A stretch of 64,000 nucleotides of DNA, from IMG/VR virus record IMGVR_UViG_3300048997_000353, positions 32,001 through 96,000 of that record; one strand, 5' to 3'. The notes below the pieces were generated by a model that was given only the letters and a program-made list of their open reading frames with translations, did no database searches and was not told where the DNA came from. Every line of letters begins with the position of its first letter. The stretch's first letter is position 1. This DNA comes from a virus. Below, one piece after another: positions 27,562-37,574 of the stretch. The translations under genes were made by a program, and so were the position numbers.

Positions 27562-28563
27562 TTAAACCTCGAAACCAAATTGCAGATCAGCCAGCCCGGT
27601 TGCTGGAGTTGCTGACCAGGGAAACGGCCACGGTATCCAGGTGATGCCATCCGCGCTGCACTCAGCCGCACCGTCTCTAAAAACGGAATCCGTGGGGAAT
27701 CCTTGCTGCAATCCTTTTCGCAATGGATAACACAAACCATCGCACTGGACGTGCACCACGTCACCTGGCGCCATCACCAGGGGGGTTGCAAACTCCATCC
27801 GTGGTAGCCAGCCGTCCTTGTCCGATATCCCCGAGAATGTGAAGAACTGCGCCACGCCATTGATTCCGACCGTGATCTTCGCGGGCGTGTTCCGGATGGC
27901 GCGGAACCAAAGCGCATACGCAGTGATCGGACTCGATGGCTTAATCACTTCGCGCCCGTGAAACAAGGGATTGCCGACCCACGCTTCCATGTAGCCGATG
28001 CCATCGGCGCATAGCGGCCCCGACAGTCCGAGAATGGGAACGTAGCCAAATCGTTCGGTGCGGTTACCCAATGGGCTGACATACACAACTTTTCCGTCCG
28101 AGGGAAGAATCAACGGTTGCGGCGCATCTTCGTTTGGCGCATTGATGTACAGAGAATCCAGAGAGCAAAAGTTTAGGTCGGGCGCAGGATCAATATTTGT
28201 GAACGACAGCACGTACTGCTTGCCAGCTTCAAACGTGAACAGGTAGGGCAGCCTGAGAACGGGCCAGTCACCAAGAGCCGTGCCCTGCAGGGTCCACGCG
28301 AGATTCGTTCCAATGAGGATGATTTTGATCTGGCCGTTGGTCCCAGCGGCGTACCCTGGCTTGCTGACGATCAGAAACGGCCGCATGGTATCGACCACTA
28401 AAGAATTCTTCAGCCGGAAATGCATTTCAACTGTTTTGTTGCCGTGACCAATCGTGGTGTTGGCGAGCCCATCGGCTGCGAGTGATCCGTAAAATCCGCT
28501 TCGTTGAATCATGGTCGGTTCGTTCTCCTTTGACAAATGGCAGAGCATGGAACTTACCTGCAT
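27562..28563 (-). CDS. Hypothetical beta-rich protein
   Basis: 333-aa ORF packed in the operon. Confidence 0.55.
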   Translation of the reverse strand: MQVSSMLCHLSKENEPTMIQRSGFYGSLAADGLANTTIGHGNKTVEMHFRLKNSLVVDTMRPFLIVSKPGYAAGTNGQIKIILIGTNLAWTLQGTALGDWPVLRLPYLFTFEAGKQYVLSFTNIDPAPDLNFCSLDSLYINAPNEDAPQPLILPSDGKVVYVSPLGNRTERFGYVPILGLSGPLCADGIGYMEAWVGNPLFHGREVIKPSSPITAYALWFRAIRNTPAKITVGINGVAQFFTFSGISDKDGWLPRMEFATPLVMAPGDVVHVQCDGLCYPLRKGLQQGFPTDSVFRDGAAECSADGITWIPWPFPWSATPATGLADLQFGFEV

Positions 28564-28584
28564 AGCAGGTTAAAGGTCAAGTTT

Positions 28585-28788
28585 TTATTTTTCGTCCTTC
28601 TCGTCCCGCGGGATGCAAACAATCCCCCGGGTCCTGCCAAAATCGTCTTTGATTCTATGGACGCGCAAGCCAGCCGCCTCGCACTTCTTGATTTCGGCGA
28701 TGGTTTCTTCGTTGGTAAAAACATGCGGACCTAATTCCTCGCAGCCCGCTAATAATACTAGCACCAGGAATAATAAAAGTAGCTTCAT
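28585..28788 (-). CDS. Small lipoprotein
   Basis: MKLLLLFLVLVLLAGC lipobox. Confidence 0.6.
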   Translation of the reverse strand: MKLLLLFLVLVLLAGCEELGPHVFTNEETIAEIKKCEAAGLRVHRIKDDFGRTRGIVCIPRDEKDEK

Positions 28789-29135
28789 GGTTTGTACTCC
28801 ACCAAAGCTGGCAGACGGCTCATGATCGACGGAAAAAATTGTGTGGCGAGCTCAAGGCCTTCGGCGAAAGTGTACGTTCCTTCGAGCAGGAATGTGCTGT
28901 TGGAACCGGGACGAGAATCTACACTTTGATCCCAGCACGAAATTGCCGTCCAACCGTCTTTGTGATGCAACGCGGCAACTCCTTGGCTTTGCCCTTTCGG
29001 AGCGAGTATCCCGTCCGGATACCGGCCCCATGGTGACACGAAATCGTGCGGCGCCGATCTCGGTCCCCACGCGCCGCCCGGCTCCCACATGTAATGGCCC
29101 GCTCGTTCGAAGCAGCCGAAATAATAGGCTTTCAT
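28785..29135 (-). CDS. Hypothetical phage protein
   Basis: ATGA overlaps on both sides; YYFGC...GWTAISCWDQSVDSRPGSNS. Confidence 0.55.
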   Translation of the reverse strand: MKAYYFGCFERAGHYMWEPGGAWGPRSAPHDFVSPWGRYPDGILAPKGQSQGVAALHHKDGWTAISCWDQSVDSRPGSNSTFLLEGTYTFAEGLELATQFFPSIMSRLPALVEYKP

Positions 29136-29962
29136 TTTGCCTCCTGCGAAGCTTCCGGGGTTGGCGGCTCTGGATACCTGCGTTTAATTTCCTCTTTCTG
29201 TTGCCGGATGCGCTCGTCCATCTCAGGCGTCCGAATGACAACATGGGGAGTGGACGCAGTAACTTTACTTGCCGACGAAGTTGGCTGCATTGCTTGCTGC
29301 ATTTCCTCGGCCGTCATCGGCGGTCGTGTGCGAATCGAGTTGGCTTCGGGCAACTGCCGAACTGGCTCATAAAAACGCTCGAGTATTTTCTGGGCTTCCG
29401 GTCCGCTGATTAAATTCTGGTCACGCTCGATCTCTTCCTGATGCGCGTAGTTCTCCAGGAAATCTTTTTTGCGCCACACGAGGTCGGCCGTTGGACACTC
29501 CCACAAGAAAGCCATCCCGCCGGCAGCCTTGATGGCGCGCACAATTTTTTCATCCAAGGCGGGCGCCCGACGATCGACTCCAAGATCCGGATGAAAATAC
29601 TGCCCGATCCACGCGAGTCCCTCTTGCCAGGATTTTTCAGCGAGAAGGGCCTGCGCGGCACCGTTGGCGGTATCCACGAATTCAAACAGGTGAGCTGGCG
29701 TGGGAAACTGGCAAGCCGATGTTGGCTTGAAGGTGCTTTTCAGTTTCGCGAAGGCTGTTCGCAATCCCTCTTCGGAGAGATCCTTCGTCCTGCGATCCGT
29801 GAACAGGGTTTCAATCCAAAGATCAAAAACTGGCGCGCCCACAATTTTTTCAGTGAGCGTTCCGATCTTTAAGAGTTCCGTCCGAATTAAGGCCTGAGTT
29901 TTCGAGGTTCTGTCGAAGGACTTCGTCTGCATCTGGTCTGCCATTGGTTCTCCTTTTGCCAT
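29132..29962 (-). CDS. Putative helicase loader/inhibitor following the replication initiator
   Basis: Position; FPTPAHL and RAIKAAGG motifs. Start uncertain. Confidence 0.5.
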   Translation of the reverse strand: MAKGEPMADQMQTKSFDRTSKTQALIRTELLKIGTLTEKIVGAPVFDLWIETLFTDRRTKDLSEEGLRTAFAKLKSTFKPTSACQFPTPAHLFEFVDTANGAAQALLAEKSWQEGLAWIGQYFHPDLGVDRRAPALDEKIVRAIKAAGGMAFLWECPTADLVWRKKDFLENYAHQEEIERDQNLISGPEAQKILERFYEPVRQLPEANSIRTRPPMTAEEMQQAMQPTSSASKVTASTPHVVIRTPEMDERIRQQKEEIKRRYPEPPTPEASQEAK

Positions 29963-30746
29963 TCGTTTGGGCGGGTGGTTTATCTTCCCATTGATGGCCG
30001 TTCAAAAAAGTGGTGGGATGTGGAATGAATTGGAGTGTGCCGTCCGCGATGCTACTCGACCATTGCTCGGTCTGGCACCAGAGCTCGACCGCTTCGACCA
30101 CCTCGGGCCAGCGGTCGTCGGCCTTTACCTGGGACAGCCAGGCCTTGAGTGCCCGGCCCCGGTGGACCTTCCTCGGGTAGCTGTGCCAGAAGATCGAGAA
30201 CCCTGGCAAGTCAGGCTCGTTTCGGACACTTCTGTCGCCCGGGTTTTGGGCAATGGTTTTAGATTCTAATTCTTCATTCTTACTTCTTAATTCTAGAATA
30301 GGTGCGTCCTCAGTACAGTCCACAGTGCGTCCTCCATGCGTCCTCAGTGTCACGTCAGTACCGTCCTCAGTACACGGCTCATAAATTGGGTACTGCCATG
30401 ACGTTGAAGCATCAGCATTTAGGCGTTGTCCGATGAGTGCGCCGAATTCCGGTTCATACTTGTTGACCAAACACCTGTAGTTCCCCCTACATCCCGGTGT
30501 CCTAAACCTTTTTATGTACGCTTTTTGTTCGATACTCTCAAGGCTCCTCTGGATGTCCCGGAGGGTCGTTCCTCGGGGTGCCGAGGCCAAAAGCTTACCG
30601 GCCGAACCGGTCCAAATCCCGGTCTTGAAGTCGGCCTGCAGGTGGATCACGGTGTACACACCCAGGTCAAAAAAACCCATCTCCCCCTCTTCTAAATGCT
30701 GTTGGATACCGCGGCGGATTTTAATGAAACCCCTGGGGTGTGCCAA
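29850..30746 (-). CDS. Phage replication initiator protein
   Basis: N-terminal GFIKIRR wHTH-like region; C-terminal FWHSYPRK...KAW...FIPHPTTFLNGHQWED. Confidence 0.8.
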   Translation of the reverse strand: MAHPRGFIKIRRGIQQHLEEGEMGFFDLGVYTVIHLQADFKTGIWTGSAGKLLASAPRGTTLRDIQRSLESIEQKAYIKRFRTPGCRGNYRCLVNKYEPEFGALIGQRLNADASTSWQYPIYEPCTEDGTDVTLRTHGGRTVDCTEDAPILELRSKNEELESKTIAQNPGDRSVRNEPDLPGFSIFWHSYPRKVHRGRALKAWLSQVKADDRWPEVVEAVELWCQTEQWSSSIADGTLQFIPHPTTFLNGHQWEDKPPAQTNGKRRTNGRPDADEVLRQNLENSGLNSDGTLKDRNAH

Positions 30747-30963
30747 ACGAACGCCCTCCCTTAAAGAGCGAGGCGAGAAAGGCCGGTGTTAAGGGCACCG
30801 GCCTGGGGCTCGCTTTGAAACCTGACATGGAACCGGACTGAACGATAACTGCGGCAGGGGAACAGGTCAAGTATGCATTGTTGACCAGATGGACAAACTC
30901 ACAACATTCTGCGGATTTCCTGTGAGTTTGCCCTGTGGAAATACTGTGAATGTGTGAATTAAC

Positions 30964-31401
30964 TCAAACAGAACCAGTTGACAAGCCTTCTTTGGCATTC
31001 GCCGAACCCTTACTTAACAGAGACGCTAGATCGTTTCTGTCGCGGTCGGCGATTTCTTTTTCGATCAATCGCTGAAAAATCGCCTCTGCTTCCGGGTGCA
31101 GTTCGAGCCAGGCAATATTTTCTTGCAATTGCTGGCCCTTGAGCTGGACCGCGCGCAATTCGTCATTCATCCGCTTCTGGATCTCGACGATTTGATCCTT
31201 CACGACATCCAGTTCCTGTTTCTGCTTTCCCAGAAATGTAACGGGAACTTTTGCCGTGAACGCGCCAGGCCAATTGCCAGAAGGCTGCGGCAGTCCGCGT
31301 CCTTCCGAAATACCGCCATCGGGCAACGGTTGTTTCTGTGTTGGTTTAACCACTGGTTTGATCCTCCATGTGTGAATGTGAAATAAATCAAGAATGCTCA
31401 T
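30964..31401 (-). CDS. Hypothetical coiled-coil protein
   Basis: ORF with heptad pattern; operon packing. Confidence 0.5.
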   Translation of the reverse strand: MSILDLFHIHTWRIKPVVKPTQKQPLPDGGISEGRGLPQPSGNWPGAFTAKVPVTFLGKQKQELDVVKDQIVEIQKRMNDELRAVQLKGQQLQENIAWLELHPEAEAIFQRLIEKEIADRDRNDLASLLSKGSANAKEGLSTGSV

Positions 31402-32095
31402 AGCACGATCCCGGTTTCCCTTTTGGGCGGCTCGGGAATGACAGGTTTGCGATCCACGGCGTCGGCCAGCTCGCGCAGAAGTTGCGAGAAGCCAGTCGTG
31501 CGATCGTGTTCATACACCTTGCCCGACCACACCACTTTATCGCTGATAAACACCGTGGCTTCGTAATCGGAAATGTTACTGGCGAGGGGCTGCTCGGAAA
31601 GATTCCGAACTCGGATGGTCATCATTGAATGATCTCGCGCGCGTGGTGCAACCGCCGAAACACATTGCCCGCCGCGACCCATCCGTAGGCCATGCCAGTG
31701 TCCCTTGTCAGGATCAGGACTGGCGTGAAGCAGTTCGAACATCCAAGAACCAATGCGTGACGGCCCTGCTGCTGTTGCCTGTAAACGTCAATCGCTTCCT
31801 CGATCGTCAGTCCGTACTTCCGGACGATGATCAGAGGTCCCGGCAGTTTTTGTTGGTTGTTCAAGTCGGGGCGCCCTATCGAAAATTTCCACGCTGATCA
31901 GGTCTGGCCTCAGTACATCGACGCCTTGACGCTCGCAACGCGGATTCGTGCAGCGGATCAAAGTTAAAATCCGCGGTGATCGTTCGAGTTTATTACCACA
32001 CAAAAGACAGTAGAAATTCCTGCCTTCCGTGATGAGCATGCGCGCTTCGGTGCCGTGTGATTCTAGGCCCATGGGCGCGATCACGATAACACGGA

Positions 32096-32548
32096 TTACA
32101 ATTTTGGTTTCAGAAATCCCCAGCACCAGTTGCCAACTTTGTAAATCTTCCGAATGCCTTCGCGCTCACTGAACAGTAACGGGTGAACGGCGGCTAGATC
32201 AGGCAGAACTGTCGCCGCGTCCGCCACGCGCAAGGGATGCTGGAATCTCTTCGCGTGGATGCCATACCCGTAAATCCGAAACCACCACAGCCCAGGCTCG
32301 CGATAGCCAGAGAATGGCCGGCGCAAGTTCCTGTCGAGATCCGCGCGGAGCTTGCCCTGTTCGATGTTGGCGAATAGCGGGACCGCTTTCGGTGGACCCT
32401 CATCATGAAGCGGGCAATTGACCAGGTCGTGTTCCTGGCAATAGGAATTTAGAGACGCCCACAGTGGACCGTGGTTGCAGAGTGTCCACTGTTCCGCGTC
32501 GTCATACAGCCGGTTGCAAACGGAACATGTGACGATCATTCTTCCCAT
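32096..32548 (-). CDS. Hypothetical Cys/His protein
   Basis: GGAGG SD; CSVC, CNH and CPLH motifs. Confidence 0.5.
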   Translation of the reverse strand: MGRMIVTCSVCNRLYDDAEQWTLCNHGPLWASLNSYCQEHDLVNCPLHDEGPPKAVPLFANIEQGKLRADLDRNLRRPFSGYREPGLWWFRIYGYGIHAKRFQHPLRVADAATVLPDLAAVHPLLFSEREGIRKIYKVGNWCWGFLKPKL

Positions 32549-33008
32549 TCCTCCAATTTTAATTCCATAGGTTCAGGAACACGAACACCCAATGTAACCG
32601 TAAGGCGCAAAATCACCCTGCGGAGAATGGCGTGCCCTGTACTCCACTGGAAATTGTTTGTCCTCAGCAGGAACGAGCCCGTATGTGTTACCCAGAGAAT
32701 CAGTCACGAACAAAACGGGATGATTCAACTTCACGCGGATCTGGTTGTCGACCGTGACCGCGTAAGGCAATGAAATCGAATAACACGTAGCATCCGTGGT
32801 TGTTACGTGCCATGTCATCCACTGTTTCAAGTTCATGTTTGCAGACTCCGTCCGACGGCCGCGATGACCTGTTTTTGAAGCATAGCCGTCAGTTCCGGGA
32901 TGGGCACAAAAACGCCACTGCACGAATCTATTTTTGGCTCTGGCATAAATTTTGCGGCCAGTGCGCCGCTGAATATGCCAGCGAGGCGCGCGAACAAGGC
33001 CCGCCGGT

Positions 33009-33227
33009 TCATGTGGGCTCCTTTACGTCGGACTTGGGTTTCCCCTTCACGGCTTGCGGCCGCTCAATGAGATCGGCCAGGATGCCGATCGCTTCGAGGA
33101 CGCGCAGTTGGCCGCGAACCATGTCGACCTGCAGATCCCGGTCATGCGTGCGCGGCATTGAGGAATTTTCCAACTTCGAGACTGTCTGCTGCTGTTGCTC
33201 GATCAGTTCTTGGATTGTTTCTGCCAT
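33009..33227 (-). CDS. Small helical protein directly downstream of array 1
   Basis: AAAAAGGAG SD; 72 aa. Confidence 0.6.
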   Translation of the reverse strand: MAETIQELIEQQQQTVSKLENSSMPRTHDRDLQVDMVRGQLRVLEAIGILADLIERPQAVKGKPKSDVKEPT

Positions 33228-33256
33228 TTCTTAGAGCTCCTTTTTAGATTTGTACT

Positions 33257-33999
33257 GCCGCTAGCTTCAGTCCTGGTTTCGTCGTGTAATATCTAGTGAT
33301 GCCGCCTCGTGCAGTCACGTGAAGTGTGGTGATGCCGCTGCATCCTGTTTTGCCTGACTCAGTTTCGCCGTTAGATGGTGCCGACCGGCTCCGCTTTGTC
33401 GTGCCGCTAAGTCGAGTCCGAAATTGTCTCGTCATGTCATGCCGCTACATTTCGTTTCGTCCGGTTTGCAAATTGCCGCCCCCGCGATGCTGCGTGATGC
33501 GATGTCCTGTCAAGCCGCTCGGTCTGGCGGTGCGAAGTGGAATCGAGTAACGCCGCTCTGTCCGGTCAGGTATGGTTCAGTGGGGTAAAGCCGTTTCGTT
33601 AAGTTTTGTCCTGTCACGAAATGTCCTATCAGGCCGCTGTGTTCAGTTCTGTTCTGTGGTGTCGCATACGGCCGCTGCATCGAATTTTGTAAGATTTAAT
33701 CTGGCGTTGCCGCTCCGTGGGATCCAGTAGTATCAAGTAAAGTCTGGTCAAGCCGCTGTGTATTTGTCATGTCACGTCCAGTCGGGCCGCTCGGTCAAGT
33801 TGTGCCGTGTGCGGTCTAGCCCGGCCGCTCCGTGGAGTTCAGTTTCGTTCAATTGCGTCCTGCCGCTACGTGACGTAAAGTTCGGTGAAGTGGTGCCGCT
33901 GAGTCACGCTTGGTGAAGCGGTGCCGCTCCGTGGTGTCATGCCGCGCCTGGTTGAGCAATGCCGCTATGTGGTGTGGCGTGATGTTAAGTGACGCCGCT
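33257..33999 (-). repeat. Pentamer-periodic repeat array 1 (21 motif copies)
   Basis: GCCGCT-like motif (+ strand) at spacings 44,33,33,36,38,34,39,38,38,43,38,38,43,34,38,38,33,28,38,33. The intervening DNA is made of GTNNN pentamers. Confidence 0.92.
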
Positions 34000-34179
34000 C
34001 GGTTTTTGGAAAATGAATGGGAACCGCTGAACATTGGAGTAACAGTCCAACTCTTTGCGGTTCCCCTTGAAACGGCCACGGCTCCGAGGCTAATCGCGGG
34101 TTGATCGTAAGCAGTTACGATGCTTCGTATCCCTATCGCCGTCCTCCGCCTATAGCTCCACTTGGTCACTAGGGCCGTT

Positions 34180-34371
34180 TCAATTACCAATCTTGGCGCG
34201 GACAAAGCAGTCTTTTGCCTCAAGCAGTTTGCGGAGTCCAGCCGATTTCTCAGGCCCATCAGGAAGTTGCGCGTCCATCGAGCAGGCGAGCGCGAATACA
34301 TCTCCGCTCACGCCCCTTAGGTGCTCTGGTAAGTGTGCGAAGTCGAAATATTTCATAATCGGTGATGGCAC
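34180..34371 (-). CDS. Small conserved phage helical-hairpin protein (possibly Acb2/Tad1-like)
   Basis: GGAGG SD and GTG start; YFDFAHLP...PDGPEKSAGLRKLLEAKDCFVRA. Confidence 0.65.
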   Translation of the reverse strand: MPSPIMKYFDFAHLPEHLRGVSGDVFALACSMDAQLPDGPEKSAGLRKLLEAKDCFVRAKIGN

Positions 34372-34439
34372 AGTGTTCCTCCATTTCGAGTTGCGATTAT
34401 AAGGGGCCGGATTCGGCGCTCCGGCCTGCGCTTCGTGAT

Positions 34440-35255
34440 TTAAGCCGTCGCCGCCTTGGCTGTTTCCGCGCCGTTCGCCTTGGCTGGTGCCTCGATCACT
34501 GGCTTCTCCCGCTTCTTCTGCCGGTCGCCCATCTCGATCTCGGCTTCGTCGACCCGGAAGCGGCCGCGGCCCAGCGATCGGCAACTGCCCAAACCGCACA
34601 TCATAATCATCGCAGTGACGTCGGTAAGATCAACCTCCTTCACGTTGGTGGTCAAGAATCGGAAGTTGAACGAAAATCTCGAGCCCGACGCCACACACTC
34701 GGAATGCTGGTAAATGCTCTTGGGTCCCTTCGGCGTATTCACCGAACCCATGAACGCACTCCAATAAGTTTTGGCCGGGCCTGTCATGTCCTCGTTCAGC
34801 ATGTACACCTTGTCCGGGGAATCAGCGTCGAGCAAACTAAATCCATCGGCCAAGACGCGCGCTGCTTCCGAGAAATCACCCTTCGTTCCCCGCAGATCGG
34901 AAAATATTTTGAGACGCGATGCGGCCTGCTTTATGCAGGCCTGCACCATCCAGTTGCCGATATACGCTCCGCGCTCCGTGCGCCGGAGAGCGTTGACTCC
35001 ATACACTTGCTCGGGCTGCAATTCCCCGGTTTCGCTCGGAAGTTCCTCCTGCCCAACCTCTTCGTGAAGGATTCTCTGGACAGCCTTCTCGGCATCATCG
35101 CCGGTCAGTTCCAAATGATGCTCCACGAACGCGCGAACACCACGTTCATCCGCTGGTTGCCCGCCCACAAACTCGGTTACGAAAGTGGCTTGCACTTTCA
35201 CAACTCCCGTTAGTTTCTGGTAAATCGCTTCTAGGTCTTTTGCGTTGAATTTCAT
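34440..35255 (-). CDS. Stand-alone RAMP (Cas7/Csm3-like) protein
   Basis: 271 aa. Beta1 followed by GG; YIGNWMVQACIKQAA helix; SE strand; C-terminal Gly-rich loop GLGSCRSLGRGRF. AAAGGAG SD. Confidence 0.8.
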   Translation of the reverse strand: MKFNAKDLEAIYQKLTGVVKVQATFVTEFVGGQPADERGVRAFVEHHLELTGDDAEKAVQRILHEEVGQEELPSETGELQPEQVYGVNALRRTERGAYIGNWMVQACIKQAASRLKIFSDLRGTKGDFSEAARVLADGFSLLDADSPDKVYMLNEDMTGPAKTYWSAFMGSVNTPKGPKSIYQHSECVASGSRFSFNFRFLTTNVKEVDLTDVTAMIMMCGLGSCRSLGRGRFRVDEAEIEMGDRQKKREKPVIEAPAKANGAETAKAATA

Positions 35256-35329
35256 TTTCTGTTCTCCTTTGTGATCTGCGAACGAATCGATCATTGCTCG
35301 CTAGATTTCGTGCCGAAAAGTTTCGTTTT

Positions 35330-36062
35330 GCCGCTATGTGGTGTCCAGTAGCGTGTGGTCATGCCAAGTACAGTAGCGCCGCTCTGTGCGGTCGAGTAAC
35401 TGTCGAATTGGGTCCGGTCTTGTCGTGCCGCTCTGTGACGTATAGTAAAGTCTTGTCTTGTCCCGCCGCTCTGAACGGTTGAATGGAGTTGGGTGCCGCC
35501 GCTGGGTCGCATCGTGTAATGTTCTGTCATGCTTCGCGACGCCGCTGGATACTGCGATGTCGAGTGTAGTCGAGCCGTTGCGTGGAATATGGTGAAGTGG
35601 CGTACTGCCGCAGTAGTGCCACGCGCTGTCCAATGCGGAATTGCCGCTCGGTCGAGTCCGGTGCAGTAGGGTCTTGTGGTATGGAGCCGCTGCGTAGAAT
35701 CGAGTCCTGTGACATCATGGGTTGCCGTTTTATTCTGCTCGGTTTGGTCGAAGTCAAGTTTGCCGCTCCGTCATGCCGCTCTGTCGTGTCGAGTTCAATG
35801 GTGTGCGGTCGTGTAAAGTCCTGCCGCTCCGTGCTGCCAGGTTGTGTCGTGTGAGATGGGGTATAGCCGCTCTGTTGCATAGAGTTATGTTGTGTCCAGC
35901 CGCTCAGTCTTGTCGTGTCTGGGCATGTGGAGTTTGGCCGCTGTGTAAAGCTCAGTTCGAGTGCGCTTTGCCGCCTGCGTGATGCCGTGCGCGATGGTGT
36001 AATGCCGCTGAATCGGGTGCCAACTTGTGAAGTGCTGTCAAATGGCATCTTGTCGAGCCGCT
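35330..36062 (-). repeat. Pentamer-periodic repeat array 2 (20 motif copies)
   Basis: Spacings 48,49,38,33,43,33,33,36,43,38,38,13,48,43,33,38,33,34,53. Confidence 0.92.
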
Positions 36063-36065
36063 AGA

Positions 36066-36398
36066 TTATTTCTTTCCGGTTGGAGTTCCGCAGTTCGAAC
36101 AGAACTTCGCACCTGCGATTTGCGTGTTACAGGTTCCGCAGATCAAGTCCTCCGGTGCAGGCCCCGAAATGAGACGGATCTCCTTCTCGGGCCGCTTACC
36201 GCGGTTTAATCGTTGGTTTTGAATCATCAAATCGCCAATTTTGCAAAATATTTTGGCATTGCCTTGTTTGATGCGCGCGACAGCTTCCGTCATGGAGCCA
36301 TCGTCGATCCCTTCTCCGATCTGGTTGACCAGGGCCACAACATCCCCTAGATTTTCAACCTTGATTGTCTTTCTTGCCGCCGGCGGTTGGTCGGTCAT
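36066..36398 (-). CDS. 110-aa protein with a C-terminal double Zn ribbon, between arrays 2 and 3
   Basis: AAAGGAG SD; CGTC...KFCSNCG. Confidence 0.7.
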   Translation of the reverse strand: MTDQPPAARKTIKVENLGDVVALVNQIGEGIDDGSMTEAVARIKQGNAKIFCKIGDLMIQNQRLNRGKRPEKEIRLISGPAPEDLICGTCNTQIAGAKFCSNCGTPTGKK

Positions 36399-36457
36399 CT
36401 TTTCTCCTTTAAGAGTTTAGTTCTCTCGCATTTTTGGGCTTCGTTTTGTTTTGTGTT

Positions 36458-36981
36458 GCCGCTTTATCGAGTAGAGTCACGTACAGTGCTGTCGAGTAAC
36501 GCCGCTGTGTCGCGTACCGTCGAGTCAGGTGACGGCCAGTAGCGCCGCTGAGTAAAGTCGAGTCGGATCGGGTCCCGTATTGCCGTTCCGTAAGGTCACG
36601 TTGGGTTGAGCCGCTGGGTAAAGTCCAGTCTTATCCCGTCGAGTCGCGGAGAATACTGCCGGGTCATGTGGCGCCGCTGCGTTGTGTAAGGTCAAGGATT
36701 GTCGGGTCGAGTGGGGAAAGGCCGCTCGGTGGTATAAAGTTGCGTGCAGTCGGAGCATGCCGCTGCGCAGAGCTGTGTGAGGGAATGTGGCAAATTGCCG
36801 TTCGGTGTGGATAGGTTTCGTCATGTCATGCCGCATTATCAAGTGGAGTCTGGTGGGATCGGGCCGCTTGTCTTGTTGAGTGCGGTGTCGGAGGGTCATG
36901 CCGCTATATTGAATTGGGTCGGGTCGGAGCATGGAAAGTGGGGCCGCTACGACTTGTGACGTTCTGGTTGGTATCGCCGCT
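36458..36981 (-). repeat. Pentamer-periodic repeat array 3 (14 motif copies)
   Basis: Spacings 43,43,38,28,63,48,38,38,33,33,37,43,33. Confidence 0.92.
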
Positions 36982-36999
36982 TGGTAAAGGTTATGTGTT

Positions 37000-37174
37000 G
37001 ACTGACCTGTTACAAGGACACCCGCAAGGATTGGCGTGTGCCGACGCCTACGTTTTATGCCCCACTCCTGCGTTAATTCGCGACCTTGGCTAGTGTCAGT
37101 CGCTCTTACGAGCGGGTTTTCCCCAGCGGCAACCTGTGGAGCCTCCCTGTGGGTGCCCATGTAACAGGTCAATC
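37000..37174 (-). ncRNA. Structured RNA leader upstream of array 3
   Basis: About 31-bp closing stem GATTGACCTGTTACA-TGGGCACCCACAGGGA / TCCTTGCGGGTGTCC-TTGTAACAGGTCAGTC with inner hairpins. Confidence 0.65.
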
Positions 37175-37180
37175 GTGTGT

Positions 37181-37321
37181 TCATATTTTCTTCTTCTTGG
37201 CTGCTGACTTAACAATGGACTCCAGGGTTTCGTACTGCCGCTTGCCCGCCATGGCGGCGAGAATCCGCAACAGCCGAAGCGTTTCTGGTGTGACTTTGGT
37301 GCTTACCAGAGGTTCCCGCAT
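37181..37321 (-). CDS. 46-aa ribbon-helix-helix-like regulator
   Basis: MREPLVSTKVTPETLRLLRILAAMAGKRQYETLESIV... Confidence 0.55.
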   Translation of the reverse strand: MREPLVSTKVTPETLRLLRILAAMAGKRQYETLESIVKSAAKKKKI

Positions 37322-37564
37322 TTATTTCCTTGGCGCGCGTGCCAAACCAATTTTGCGCTGGAGTGAACTAATATGAGATTGCGAGCAATCTAGAACGCTT
37401 GCAATCTCGGCCTGGGTAAATCCTTTGCGGCACAGTTCCCGCACTCGCTTATGAGTCACTGCAACCCTCCTGAGTTGTTCACTGTGGCTGTAGTAGGTTT
37501 TCCACATCTCCAAAATAACTAAGAGATTGTGCTGTAACCTTGTCACTTTTCGTTCGAGGGTCAT
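37322..37564 (-). CDS. HTH DNA-binding protein
   Basis: GFTQAEIASVLDCSQSHIS. Confidence 0.7.
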   Translation of the reverse strand: MTLERKVTRLQHNLLVILEMWKTYYSHSEQLRRVAVTHKRVRELCRKGFTQAEIASVLDCSQSHISSLQRKIGLARAPRK

Positions 37565-37574
37565 GGAGGCAAGT

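Noticed and set aside
33257-36981. Canonical CRISPR array
   Set aside because: The repeat is only 6 nt, the 'spacers' have internal periodic conservation, and no cas1/cas2 or other cas genes are visible.
33244-37184. ORFs over the arrays (e.g. 35527-36048, 36525-37184, 35291-35530, 33849-34301)
   Set aside because: Thr/Arg/His-rich translations are by-products of the 5-nt periodic DNA; they lack SDs and the period is not a multiple of 3.
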